DNA of 64,000 bases, taken from contig JBGCFR010000025.1 in the NCBI GenBank assembly GCA_045107045.1, positions 1,640 to 65,639 on the forward strand, given 5' to 3'. The notes under the pieces are model-generated. The model had not been told where the DNA came from and made no database searches. It saw nothing but the letters and a program-made list of their open reading frames with translations. The stretch comes from Crocinitomicaceae bacterium. GTDB taxonomy: Bacteria > Bacteroidota > Bacteroidia > Flavobacteriales_D > Crocinitomicaceae. Below, in pieces: positions 39,438 to 49,361 of this stretch (the stretch's first letter is position 1; each line of letters opens with the position of its first letter). The position numbers and the translations under genes are program-made.

Positions 39438-41616
39438 TCTTAGGATCTGGATAGTATTAATTTATTTTTCATGTGCCTGGTCTCAAGATTATAATTTTAC
39501 TGGTCTTTGGACAAATGTTGGACCGAATGACAATCCTGAGGCTAGAAGTCAATCAGCTGCAGGATTAGGCCCTGTAGAATTTATAAGGATATCTAAGAAT
39601 AACCCGGAACTCATGTTAGGCGGCTCATTAAAGGGGGGGTTGTTTGTTTCAGAAAATGGCGGAAATAATTGGCAAAATGCAGGGTCAGATAGCTGGCAGT
39701 CATCCAAATGTGGGTGGGCAGAATTTCATCCTGAAAATGATAATATATGGTTTGCCATTGCCATGCAGTCTACCTATAATGGTTCTCCTTCAAGTATTGG
39801 AAAAATTGGAGGTGTTTTTCGAACAAAAAACAAAGGTGATACTTGGGAATCTGTTGCTAACTATAGTGATTTCAAGAATGATTTAAGAACAACTATTTTT
39901 GGGATAAGATTCCATCCAACTAACAAGAATAAAATGTATCTTTTAACAACGAAAGGTATATATTTTACTGAAAACTGCATGGCTGATTACTTGGAATGGA
40001 CAAAAGTAAAATATGTCTCTGGAAAAATTTATGATTTAGAAGTAAATGAAGAATATTTGTGCTTTTCACAAGAAAAAAAAGGAATCTGGAATGTTATGAT
40101 TTCTGAAGGACAAAAACTAGTTCCGATTCCAGAAATTACCAAGGAGTCTAGCCCTATTAGTAATATTACAATTGAAAAGTACCAAAAAGAATTTTATATT
40201 TTAATTGACTTTAAAGATAAAAAGGATGAAGTGAGATTGTACAAACCTAAAACGAAAACTTTAACAACAGTATTTAATGCTGGAAAAGCCGTTTTTGGAG
40301 CTGGATATACTTTTGGGATCAATCCACACAATGGAAATGAACTATGGATTGGCAATGGCTTACGCATTCGAAAATGGTTAATTGATGAGCAAAGGTATGG
40401 TTCTTTTGGTAACAAGTATCATGTAGATGTTGAATGCGTTGAGTTTCATCCTACATTGGCTAATGTAGTTTATATTGGAACCCATGGGGGAGTGTTTAAA
40501 ACAGTAGACAATGGAGAAGCATGGGAATTTAAATCAAAAGGATTTGGCAATGCAGAAGTTTATGGATTGTCGGTTTCATCTCAAGACCACCAAATGATTG
40601 CAGTTGGTTTAAATCATGGGGGATCCTTAGTTAGGGCAGATTGGAAAGATAACGGAACATACTATTGGAAGCAAGTTAATGGAGGAGATGCTCTATTACC
40701 TATTATAAATCCAAGTGCAGACAGCATTATTTATACAAGTAATCAATATACAGGAGGTGGTTTGTACTATTCTACGGATTCCGCTAAACGCAATAAATTA
40801 ATTCATTCTAGACGTCAATTTTTGACATCAGGCTGGAGCATGGCCGTAAAATTGCATCCTGTTAAGGATAGCATTTTGTTTTTTAACTTCAAAAGAAATT
40901 CAGGAATAAACAAAGGATGCATTGATGTTGTAAGAAGTAAAAGACCGCATGAAAGAGACTCGATTGAAGTAATTTCCAATTTTCATCAAACACATCAACT
41001 GTCTAAATATGAGGTGTACGGCTTGTATGTTTCTGAATTTCATCCAGATGCATTATTTGCTTATGTTATTTCTGATGAGAAAATTGAAACTAAAACTAAA
41101 AAGATTCATAGACTTTATATGATCCAAAATTCATTGGTAAGTGCCGACTCAATTATTAACCAATGGCAAGAGTTAGAATTGCCTAGAAGCAGCTGGATTG
41201 GTGATTTGGAAGTACATCCTAAACGCTTGAACAAGTTGTATGTTTCTTATGCTGCGGGATTAAAAGTGAAGTCTTCTGCACCTGATGATAAAGGTATGGT
41301 ATTTCATTTGAAGTATAAGAAGTCTAATTACTCTTTAGTAAGAAACTGGGATATTTCTGCAAGTATTCCAAGTGCAACAGGAGGAAAAAATAATATGATT
41401 GTAACCAAAGAGAAGGGAATGTTTATAGGTACAAGCACTGGTGTATATTATGGAAGTAAATCTACTTTAAGAGGAGGTAAATCCTGGGAAAAAATTGGTG
41501 TCAATAGCCCTCATTGTAAAGTAATGGGATTGGATTATAAGCCAAATGGCATTCTGACTGTTGCATATGATGGTAGAGGTGTTTGGCAATTAAATGTTAC
41601 ACCAGAAGTGAAATAA
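39409..41616 (+). CDS. secreted BNR/Asp-box (Vps10/GH74-like) beta-propeller protein
   Basis: Asp-box repeats SENGGNNW, TKNKGDTW, TVDNGEAW; YIGTHGGVF, VAYDGRGVW; signal peptide from ATG 39409 (or 39400); no recognisable T9SS CTD. Confidence 0.8.
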   Translation: MRTFPIVTTSLRIWIVLIYFSCAWSQDYNFTGLWTNVGPNDNPEARSQSAAGLGPVEFIRISKNNPELMLGGSLKGGLFVSENGGNNWQNAGSDSWQSSKCGWAEFHPENDNIWFAIAMQSTYNGSPSSIGKIGGVFRTKNKGDTWESVANYSDFKNDLRTTIFGIRFHPTNKNKMYLLTTKGIYFTENCMADYLEWTKVKYVSGKIYDLEVNEEYLCFSQEKKGIWNVMISEGQKLVPIPEITKESSPISNITIEKYQKEFYILIDFKDKKDEVRLYKPKTKTLTTVFNAGKAVFGAGYTFGINPHNGNELWIGNGLRIRKWLIDEQRYGSFGNKYHVDVECVEFHPTLANVVYIGTHGGVFKTVDNGEAWEFKSKGFGNAEVYGLSVSSQDHQMIAVGLNHGGSLVRADWKDNGTYYWKQVNGGDALLPIINPSADSIIYTSNQYTGGGLYYSTDSAKRNKLIHSRRQFLTSGWSMAVKLHPVKDSILFFNFKRNSGINKGCIDVVRSKRPHERDSIEVISNFHQTHQLSKYEVYGLYVSEFHPDALFAYVISDEKIETKTKKIHRLYMIQNSLVSADSIINQWQELELPRSSWIGDLEVHPKRLNKLYVSYAAGLKVKSSAPDDKGMVFHLKYKKSNYSLVRNWDISASIPSATGGKNNMIVTKEKGMFIGTSTGVYYGSKSTLRGGKSWEKIGVNSPHCKVMGLDYKPNGILTVAYDGRGVWQLNVTPEVK

Positions 41617-41629
41617 TAAGTTGTAAATT

Positions 41630-42193
41630 ATGGTATACTTAGAATTAATCGTTGAGCTATTAAAATATGCAATTCCTTCTTTAGCATTGTTTTATGCCGT
41701 ATATTATTTTACCAATCGTTGGTATAACGTGCAGGAAATAAAGTTAACCAAAGAGCAGGTTAAAGAAGTGGAGTCTTTTAACGCAGTTGATTCCGAGAAT
41801 TCAAAAACCTTTTTTCCTTTACAGATTGATGCAGTACAAAGGTTAGTGTTATTCTTAGAAAGAATAACACCTAATAATATGGTAATGCGTCTTTTAAATC
41901 CAGGGTTACCAGCAAGAAATTTTCAACAAAAACTTTTGGATTCTATTCGTTCAGAGTTTGAACACAATTTGGCACAACAAGTATATATATCTTCAGAGTC
42001 ATGGGAGATAGTGCAGCAAAGCAAGGAAGAGGTTATTAAAATTGTTAATATGGCGGCAACTAAATTAGAAGATACATCTTTAGCGGGTGATTTAGCGAAA
42101 GGAATTTTCGAAATATCGGCACAGCTTAAAAATCAACCAACTGATATTGCCATTGAAATGTTAAAGAATGAATTAAGATCAGTGATAAAGTAA
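41630..42193 (+). CDS. conserved Bacteroidota hypothetical protein with N-terminal TM helix
   Basis: LQIDAVQRLVLFLERI...IRSEFEHNLAQQVYIS..SW motif. Confidence 0.85.
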   Translation: MVYLELIVELLKYAIPSLALFYAVYYFTNRWYNVQEIKLTKEQVKEVESFNAVDSENSKTFFPLQIDAVQRLVLFLERITPNNMVMRLLNPGLPARNFQQKLLDSIRSEFEHNLAQQVYISSESWEIVQQSKEEVIKIVNMAATKLEDTSLAGDLAKGIFEISAQLKNQPTDIAIEMLKNELRSVIK

Positions 42194-42195
42194 GA

Positions 42196-43590
42196 TCACT
42201 TACCTTTAGCCTTAAGTATAATAGCAAAAGTATAGAACATAATTTTAAGGTCCAGTGCTAAAGACATGTTCCGAATATATAATAAATCATATTTCATACG
42301 TTGCACCATTTCTTCAACATTTTCAGCATACCCATATTTTACTTGCCCCCAAGAAGTAATTCCTGGTCTTACCTTGTGAAGATACTGGTATTGTGCATCC
42401 TTTTGCTTGATCTGATCTATATAAAACTGTCGTTCAGGTCTTGGCCCAACAATTGACATCTCGCCCTTTAAAACATTAATAAACTGTGGAAATTCATCAA
42501 TCCTTGTTTTTCTTAAAAATCTACCAATCTTTGTAATTCTTTGATCATTAGTGCTTGATAGTTGGGGCCCATCCTTTTCAGAATTAATAACCATTGTTCT
42601 GTATTTAATTATTCTAAAAGGTTTTGAGTTAATTCCAATCCTTTCTTGAGTGAAAAAGATAGGTCCTTCTGAGCTTATTTTTACTAAAAGAGCTATAAAT
42701 GCGAATAATGGAGATAAAAATATGAGAGCAAAAATTGATATAATTATATCAATGAATCTTTTTGTAGCGTATTGCCAATTGGGCATGTGCAGTAGGTTGA
42801 CTTCAAGTAGCAGGGCACCATATATGCTATTCATTTTTACTTGTCCAGCTAAAATGTCGTAAGTATCTGGAATAATATTGATTTTTAAATCAAAATTAGC
42901 AAGTTGAATTAGGATATTCTGAAGTTTCTGATGGTCACTACTTTCTAATGCAATAATTACTTCTTTAATATTATGTTCTTTTATTATTTGTGTTATATCA
43001 TCAATATGACCTAAAAATGGAATATGTTCTGATAGTTTAAAATCATTTCCATTTATATTAGCGAATCCTTTTAATAAGTGACCCGAGCTTTGTTTAAGTT
43101 TACTTAATTCATCAATAATCTCAATAGCTTTTTCGCTTCCCCCAATAATTAGTGTATTGAAACCAACACGCCCACTATGGATCTTTTTTACAAGATTTGA
43201 AGTAATGATATATCTTGGGATAACAGTAATTAGAAAGTGCAATCCGAAAAGTACAAATAGTAAATTATAGTACTGTTTATAGGAATAGACCTGGTCATCT
43301 AACAACAATACAAAAAAGACGACTATTGTTCCTATGAGTGAAGCCATTACTGTCTCTTTAATAATTCTAATCCTATATTGACGAATAGTATGACGATATG
43401 TGCCTTGCATAGCATAAAGTACAAGCCAAAATGAGGGCACAATGATTAACCCTAAAATGAACTGACTGTCAAATACAACCATGTCAGATTCAATATACTT
43501 ATCACGGTAAACGAAGAAAAGACCCCATATTAATAGTGCCGAGAGGAGGTCGAAAATAATATAAAGTCTAGCTTGCTTTTGATTCGACAT
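42196..43590 (-). CDS. polyprenyl glycosylphosphotransferase (WcaJ/WbaP-type sugar transferase)
   Basis: KRFIDII, FTQERIG, KYRTM, RIDEFPQFINVLKGEMSIVGPRPER, PGITSWGQV, DLLYI. Confidence 0.95.
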   Translation of the reverse strand: MSNQKQARLYIIFDLLSALLIWGLFFVYRDKYIESDMVVFDSQFILGLIIVPSFWLVLYAMQGTYRHTIRQYRIRIIKETVMASLIGTIVVFFVLLLDDQVYSYKQYYNLLFVLFGLHFLITVIPRYIITSNLVKKIHSGRVGFNTLIIGGSEKAIEIIDELSKLKQSSGHLLKGFANINGNDFKLSEHIPFLGHIDDITQIIKEHNIKEVIIALESSDHQKLQNILIQLANFDLKINIIPDTYDILAGQVKMNSIYGALLLEVNLLHMPNWQYATKRFIDIIISIFALIFLSPLFAFIALLVKISSEGPIFFTQERIGINSKPFRIIKYRTMVINSEKDGPQLSSTNDQRITKIGRFLRKTRIDEFPQFINVLKGEMSIVGPRPERQFYIDQIKQKDAQYQYLHKVRPGITSWGQVKYGYAENVEEMVQRMKYDLLYIRNMSLALDLKIMFYTFAIILKAKGK

Positions 43591-44462
43591 TAAATGTAAA
43601 CTATTTTAATATTATCAATATAAATATGTCCTTCAGTTTGATCTTGATCTAAAACTGAACTGAAATAAAATTCGAAGTAATCCGCAAATGGGTTCAGGTT
43701 AATTTGGGTAGACAATGGGAAATATAGCCTTTTCCACTTGTATTTTTCAGCTTTTGTTCTATTGACTCCAGCAAAAAGACCTTGATCTGCCTGAACACCA
43801 GCTGAAGTCTCGTTAATAATTCCAATGGCAAATGAATTAGTGCATAAATAGTCTAATTCTAGATACATTTTTTTTTGATATATATCTAGATTTAAATTTG
43901 TGAGTATTTTGGCAATTGTGTCAGCGCTAGATAATTTAAGTAAGCCGCAATTATTTCCGTATTTAACAATTTCAGGGTAATCCGTTTTAGAGATGATTTG
44001 AAATTTGGTGCTATCTTCCTCAAGATTAGGATTCATGATAATTCCTGTATCTTCAAAATCTTCTTTTGCGACGAAATTACATACAGTTTTATATTTAAAG
44101 CTGGGTTTTATCGTTGTAGTTTCCTTCTTTGTTAAATTAACTGTAGTCGAATAGGGCTCATAGAAAGTATTGGCAGCTCTAGTTGAAGTGATACCATTTA
44201 ATTTTATGCCCGGAACAATTAAAATTTGATGGCTTCCTTCTCCCAATACAGGCATTCTAAATGGAATCTCCCAGACACCAGCCTCTTGGTTATTGATATA
44301 GACCCATGCGTCAACAATGTCATGCGAATTTGCACCTTCTATGGTTTCATTGGTTGTAAAAGTAAACTCATCAATTGCCAGCCATGAAGGCGTTAAATCT
44401 TCTTGACAACTGCTTAAAATAAAAAGGAAAGGAATGAGAATGATAAGTTTTAACTGCTTCAT
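43590..44462 (-). CDS. hypothetical lipoprotein
   Basis: Lipobox ILSS-C; translationally coupled to the sugar transferase. Confidence 0.8.
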   Translation of the reverse strand: MKQLKLIILIPFLFILSSCQEDLTPSWLAIDEFTFTTNETIEGANSHDIVDAWVYINNQEAGVWEIPFRMPVLGEGSHQILIVPGIKLNGITSTRAANTFYEPYSTTVNLTKKETTTIKPSFKYKTVCNFVAKEDFEDTGIIMNPNLEEDSTKFQIISKTDYPEIVKYGNNCGLLKLSSADTIAKILTNLNLDIYQKKMYLELDYLCTNSFAIGIINETSAGVQADQGLFAGVNRTKAEKYKWKRLYFPLSTQINLNPFADYFEFYFSSVLDQDQTEGHIYIDNIKIVYI

Positions 44463-44495
44463 GCAATACTTTTGATTTATATACGTAGAAATAGA

Positions 44496-45494
44496 TTAAT
44501 TATTTTCTCGAATGAGATTTAAATTTTTGCTGACATCATCCATAATTAAATGAGCAATTTTAAGTGCAAGATAACCATCTGTAATTGTAACTATTGGAGT
44601 GCTTGAATTAGTTATTGCGTCGGCAAAAGTTGATAATTCAGATTTTATAGCATTAACCGAATCAATTTTGGGCGTAAAAATTTCAATTTTCTTCTTAGCC
44701 TTATTTTCTCCCAGGTCTAAAACAATATCATATGGATCAGGCTCAGTATTTAGAGTTGTTAATTTCACAATCTCAGTCTTTTTTTCTAAAAAATCAACGC
44801 TGATATAAGCGTCCTTTTGGAAGAAACGAGACTTACGCATATTCTTCATTGAAATTCTTGAGGCAGTTAAGTTGGCTACACATCCATTTTCGAATTCGAG
44901 TCTTGCATTTGTAATATCAGGAGTTTCGCTAACAACAGCCACTCCTGAAGCACTTATTCTTTTTACTGGTGATTTAACAACACTTAAAACGATATCAATA
45001 TCATGTATCATTAAATCTAATACTACAGGAACATCAGTGCCTCTTGGGTTATACTGTGCCAATCTATGTGATTCAATAAACCGTGGTTGATTAAAATATG
45101 GAATTGCGTTTGAAAAAGCTGGATTAAAACGTTCTACATGTCCTACCTGAACAGTAACAGTATTCTGATCAGCAAGTTCAGTCAATTCTTTTGCTTCTGA
45201 TACGGTATGAGTAATCGGCTTTTCTACAAAAACATGCACACCTTTAAGAATTGCCTCTCTAGCAATTTCGAAGTGAGATAGAGTGGGAGTCACAATATCA
45301 ATACAATCTACTTCATTGATTAAGGTTGAAATGGAATCATACCGAGTTAAACCAAATTCTTTTTCCGCATTCAAGGCATTTTCCTCATTGGGATCAAAAA
45401 AGCCTACAAAATTATAAGTTGAAGACAATTCTAGAATAAGGCGTGAATGAATTTTACCTAAATGTCCAACTCCAAAAAGACCTATTTTGAGCAT
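44496..45494 (-). CDS. Gfo/Idh/MocA oxidoreductase
   Basis: GVGHLG, VFVEKP, GHVERFNPA, DLMIHDID; TAnnTTTG at 45510-45517 on -. Confidence 0.94.
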   Translation of the reverse strand: MLKIGLFGVGHLGKIHSRLILELSSTYNFVGFFDPNEENALNAEKEFGLTRYDSISTLINEVDCIDIVTPTLSHFEIAREAILKGVHVFVEKPITHTVSEAKELTELADQNTVTVQVGHVERFNPAFSNAIPYFNQPRFIESHRLAQYNPRGTDVPVVLDLMIHDIDIVLSVVKSPVKRISASGVAVVSETPDITNARLEFENGCVANLTASRISMKNMRKSRFFQKDAYISVDFLEKKTEIVKLTTLNTEPDPYDIVLDLGENKAKKKIEIFTPKIDSVNAIKSELSTFADAITNSSTPIVTITDGYLALKIAHLIMDDVSKNLNLIRENN

Positions 45495-45552
45495 GTATTG
45501 TATTTTTTACAAATGTAACTGACAGCTACAGTAATCGCAACAATCCTTTAAA

Positions 45553-46326
45553 TTATTTTAAGATTGGTTTTAAAAAGTTCATAATTGTATTGTAAAAAAG
45601 TTCAGGTGCCTCAGCATGAACCCAATGCCCAGCATTTGGAATAGATATGATTTTTGATTGAGGGAATTTTAGATTAATTTCAGTAAAATCGGATTCAGTA
45701 ATATAATTTGATTCAGTACCTCTTATGAAAAGAGTTTTGGTATCAATTGTTCGAAAGTAAACTTCCTCAATTATTTTGTCAATGTCATGACTTAATACTG
45801 GTAAGTTCATTCTCCAGTCTAGCCGACCTTTTTCAATCCAAAATAAATTTTTTAATAAAAACTGCCGAATTGCTTCATTTTCTATTGTTTCAGCTAATTT
45901 TATGTTGGCGGATCCTCGCGACGAAATTTTAGATAAATCAATTGAATTAAGTCCTTTAATAATGTCATCATGATGCCTAGGGTATTGCTTGTGTGAAATG
46001 TCCACTACAATTAAGTTATCTATATGTTCTTCATATTCAGCTGCAAATCCAATTGCTGTTTTTCCACCCATTGAATGCCCCAAAAGGTTTATTTTTGAAA
46101 TCCCTAAGTCTGAGATCAATTCGAACAAATCTTCAACCATAACATCATAATTAAAGTCTATTGAATGAGGTGACCGACCATGATTTCTTTGGTCAACTAA
46201 ATACACTTGAAAAAAATCAGATAGCCTTTTTGCATGAGTTTGCCAATTGTCTGAATATCCAAATAATCCGTGAAGAATAAAAAGTGGGGGTCCAACCTCT
46301 CCAAGTTTACGGTAGTGTAATTTCAT
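45553..46326 (-). CDS. alpha/beta hydrolase (YbfF-like esterase)
   Basis: ILHGLFG, DQRNHGRSPH, GHSMGGK, AGHWVHAE; TAnnTTTG at 46331-46338 on -. Confidence 0.93.
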   Translation of the reverse strand: MKLHYRKLGEVGPPLFILHGLFGYSDNWQTHAKRLSDFFQVYLVDQRNHGRSPHSIDFNYDVMVEDLFELISDLGISKINLLGHSMGGKTAIGFAAEYEEHIDNLIVVDISHKQYPRHHDDIIKGLNSIDLSKISSRGSANIKLAETIENEAIRQFLLKNLFWIEKGRLDWRMNLPVLSHDIDKIIEEVYFRTIDTKTLFIRGTESNYITESDFTEINLKFPQSKIISIPNAGHWVHAEAPELFYNTIMNFLKPILK

Positions 46327-46438
46327 AATACAAAAGTAGTAGATGATTATTTCACTTTGAAAAAAAAAAAATGTTTTTTTGAAACTTTATTTTAAAACCT
46401 TTAGTAGAAGTAAGTGAACTAATTAAAACAATGAAATC

Positions 46439-46945
46439 ATGAAAACAAAGTTTTTATCAATTTTCGCAATAGCTTCACTCGCAATGTTGAGCTGTAAGAA
46501 AACAGAAAGTGCTATTCCAGCAGAACCAGGGACAGCTACTATTGAAGGTGTAATAATGGCACCAATAGATCTAGGTAATGATACCAATTCAGCAGGTGTA
46601 TTTATTAATGGTTTTGATAACGAATTTGCAAAATCAGGAACTCAAATAACTGCAATTGTTGATACTGAAGACTTACAAAAAAATCCACAGAACGGTTTTA
46701 CTTATGAAAAACTGAAGTTTACAACTACCGTTGGAACAAATGGATCGTTTTCGTTTTCGAATATTCCATGTTATTCAACTTCAATACCTGTTGAATTGAG
46801 ATTCAATGATTTTAAAGAAACACAAACTCAGTATGACCCATCAAATAATCCAGCACAAGAAAAAGTGTTCACTTTAAGTAACAAAACCGTTCAGGTTTAT
46901 GATGGTGCCGTAGTAATTAAGGAATACGATTATTCTGCTAACTAA
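46439..46945 (+). CDS. hypothetical lipoprotein (beta-rich)
   Basis: Lipobox MLS-C followed by KKTES; no recognised domain. Confidence 0.8.
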   Translation: MKTKFLSIFAIASLAMLSCKKTESAIPAEPGTATIEGVIMAPIDLGNDTNSAGVFINGFDNEFAKSGTQITAIVDTEDLQKNPQNGFTYEKLKFTTTVGTNGSFSFSNIPCYSTSIPVELRFNDFKETQTQYDPSNNPAQEKVFTLSNKTVQVYDGAVVIKEYDYSAN

Positions 46946-46964
46946 AAACTAAACTGATTTAATT

Positions 46965-47861
46965 ATGAAAAAGATAGTAGGAATATCTATTGCTATGCTA
47001 TCTTGTTCACTGTCATTTTCGCAAGGAAATCCGCAGGTACAGAACAAGAACGGAGTAGATATAATGCCCATTAAGGGCGAATTTGCGATTGGTATAAATG
47101 CCACCCCTTTTTTAACATACTTTGGTAATATTTTTGGATATACTAATTCTAATACAATTTTGAATTCCAATAAATTTATCAGTAACTCATTCGGAGGCAA
47201 CACTATTTATGGCAAATATATGCTGACAAATAATAATGCTTTAAGAGCAAGTTTTAGAATTGCTGATTCAGATAGGTTATTTAAGTATGATGTGTTTGAT
47301 GATGGAAAAAATAGTCCAGATTCAACAGTTGTTGATACAAGAAATATTGATCAGAATACTATTAATTTAGGTTTTGGTTATGAATTCAGAAGAGGGACTA
47401 CGCGCTTAAGAGGTTTGTATGGTGGAGATGTAATGTTGTTTAGAACGCACTCCAATAATGAATATAGCTACGGAAACGGTTTTTCCTTAGGAAATCAGAC
47501 GCCAACCTCATCATTTAACGCAAATGGTTCGTATCAAGGTACAAATGGCCGTAATGTAGCAGAGAGACTTTTAATGAGTAAGTCTGGTACAACTTTAGGT
47601 GCTGGTTTAAGAGCATTTGCTGGTGTTGAGTACTTTTTTGCACCAAAAATGTGCATTGGAACTGAATTTGGATGGACAATGACAGTTTCAAGAACTGGGC
47701 AATCAGTTAGAAAAACTGAGCAGTTCGATCCAAATGCAACTGCAGAAGACGGCACTGTTGGCGGAATTGTAATCAAAGAAGATTTTACAAGTGGTGCAAG
47801 AACATTTAATCTTGATACAGATAATTTTAATGCTGCATTATATTTAATGTTCTACTTTTAG
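46965..47861 (+). CDS. outer-membrane beta-barrel protein
   Basis: Signal peptide; LGFGYEFRR, AGVEYFFAPKMCIGTEFGW strands; terminal LYLMFYF. Confidence 0.85.
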   Translation: MKKIVGISIAMLSCSLSFSQGNPQVQNKNGVDIMPIKGEFAIGINATPFLTYFGNIFGYTNSNTILNSNKFISNSFGGNTIYGKYMLTNNNALRASFRIADSDRLFKYDVFDDGKNSPDSTVVDTRNIDQNTINLGFGYEFRRGTTRLRGLYGGDVMLFRTHSNNEYSYGNGFSLGNQTPTSSFNANGSYQGTNGRNVAERLLMSKSGTTLGAGLRAFAGVEYFFAPKMCIGTEFGWTMTVSRTGQSVRKTEQFDPNATAEDGTVGGIVIKEDFTSGARTFNLDTDNFNAALYLMFYF

Positions 47862-47881
47862 AAATTAAAATAAATTAAATG

Positions 47882-47912
47882 AAAAAGAGGCTAATTGATT
47901 AGCCTCTTTTTT
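47882..47912 (+). terminator. intrinsic terminator
   Basis: aaaaagaggctaat-tg-attagcctcttttt. Confidence 0.88.
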
Positions 47913-47948
47913 TGTGCCATAATTTGTAAGCATTTTGAGCAAATCGCC

Positions 47949-47956
47949 TATCTTTG
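47949..47956 (+). promoter_or_regulatory. -7 promoter element TATCTTTG
   Basis: Exact TAnnTTTG upstream of ATG 47998. Confidence 0.6.
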
Positions 47957-47997
47957 CCCTCAAAATAAGTCTTATTCACTTAAAATTTAAGTAGGCA

Positions 47998-49356
47998 ATG
48001 AAATATTATAATTCGATATTAGAAACTATTGGTAATACACCTTTGGTAAAATTAAATAGAGTAGTAAAAGGAATTAAAGCAACTGTACTTGCTAAAGTGG
48101 AGACTACAAATCCAGGGAATTCAGTAAAAGATAGAATGGCTTTGAAAATGGTGCTGGATGCTGAAAAACAAGGTTTGATTAAATCTGGTGGAACAGTTAT
48201 TGAAGGTACTTCAGGAAATACTGGCATGGGGCTAGCTTTAGCTTGTATAGAAAAAGGATATAAATTAATTTGTGTTTTAAGTGATAAGCAATCCAAGGAA
48301 AAAATGGATATTTTAAGAGCAGTAGGCGCCGAAGTTGTGGTTTGTCCAACAGCAGTTGAGCCAGAGGATCCTCGATCTTATTATTCAGTGTCAAAAAGAT
48401 TAGCTAAGGAGATTCCAAATTCATGGTATGTTAATCAATATGATAACCCGTCAAATACTTTAGCACACTATGAACAAACTGGGCCTGAGATATGGGAACA
48501 AACAGAAGGTGAAATTACTCACTTTCTTGTTGGAGTAGGTACTGGAGGAACTATTTCTGGAACAGGTAAATTTTTAAAAGAACAAAATCCTGAAATAAAA
48601 AATATTGGAATTGATACTTATGGTTCTGTATTCAAGAAATATCATGAAACAGGTATTTTTGATGAAAATGAAATTTACCCCTACATTACTGAGGGAATTG
48701 GTGAGGATATTTTACCAAAGAATGTTGATTTTTCAGTAATCGATCATTTTGAAAAAGTAACTGATAAAGATGCGGCCGTGATGACGAGGAGGATAGCGAG
48801 AGAAGAAGGTATTTTTGTTGGGAATTCAGCAGGTTCCGCAATTGCTGGTTTGATGCAAATTAAGGATCAATTTACTGAAAGTGATGTGATTGTTGTTTTA
48901 TTTCATGATCATGGAAGTCGTTATGTTGGAAAAATGTTTAATGATGATTGGATGAGAGAGCGTGGATTTTTAGAGGAGTCACACCAAACTGCACTTGATT
49001 TAATACAGCACCATATTGATAAAAAATTAGTAGTATGTGCTAGCGAAGAATTGGTTTCGCATGCTATTGCCAAAATGAAAGATTATAACATCTCACAAAT
49101 ACCGGTTACAAAGGATGGTGGTTTTGTTGGCTATGTTGATGATAGAAAATTATTACAAAGTCTGATTGAAAATCCTGACCTTATGGATCTTCCTTTAGGT
49201 AATATCATGTTGCCAGCCTTACCTATTGTTAATTTTTCTTCAAAAATAGCTGATGTTTCGAAGCTTGTGAACTCTATAACACCCGCTGTTCTTGTAGAAC
49301 TTGAAGATGGTAAATATCATATTATAACTAGATATGACTTAATTAATGCTATCTAA
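47998..49356 (+). CDS. cystathionine beta-synthase-like PLP enzyme with C-terminal CBS domains
   Basis: IGNTPLV, NPGNSVKDR, EGTSGNTG, GVGTGGT, ITEGIG, plus a CBS pair. Confidence 0.93.
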   Translation: MKYYNSILETIGNTPLVKLNRVVKGIKATVLAKVETTNPGNSVKDRMALKMVLDAEKQGLIKSGGTVIEGTSGNTGMGLALACIEKGYKLICVLSDKQSKEKMDILRAVGAEVVVCPTAVEPEDPRSYYSVSKRLAKEIPNSWYVNQYDNPSNTLAHYEQTGPEIWEQTEGEITHFLVGVGTGGTISGTGKFLKEQNPEIKNIGIDTYGSVFKKYHETGIFDENEIYPYITEGIGEDILPKNVDFSVIDHFEKVTDKDAAVMTRRIAREEGIFVGNSAGSAIAGLMQIKDQFTESDVIVVLFHDHGSRYVGKMFNDDWMRERGFLEESHQTALDLIQHHIDKKLVVCASEELVSHAIAKMKDYNISQIPVTKDGGFVGYVDDRKLLQSLIENPDLMDLPLGNIMLPALPIVNFSSKIADVSKLVNSITPAVLVELEDGKYHIITRYDLINAI

Positions 49357-49361
49357 GTAAT

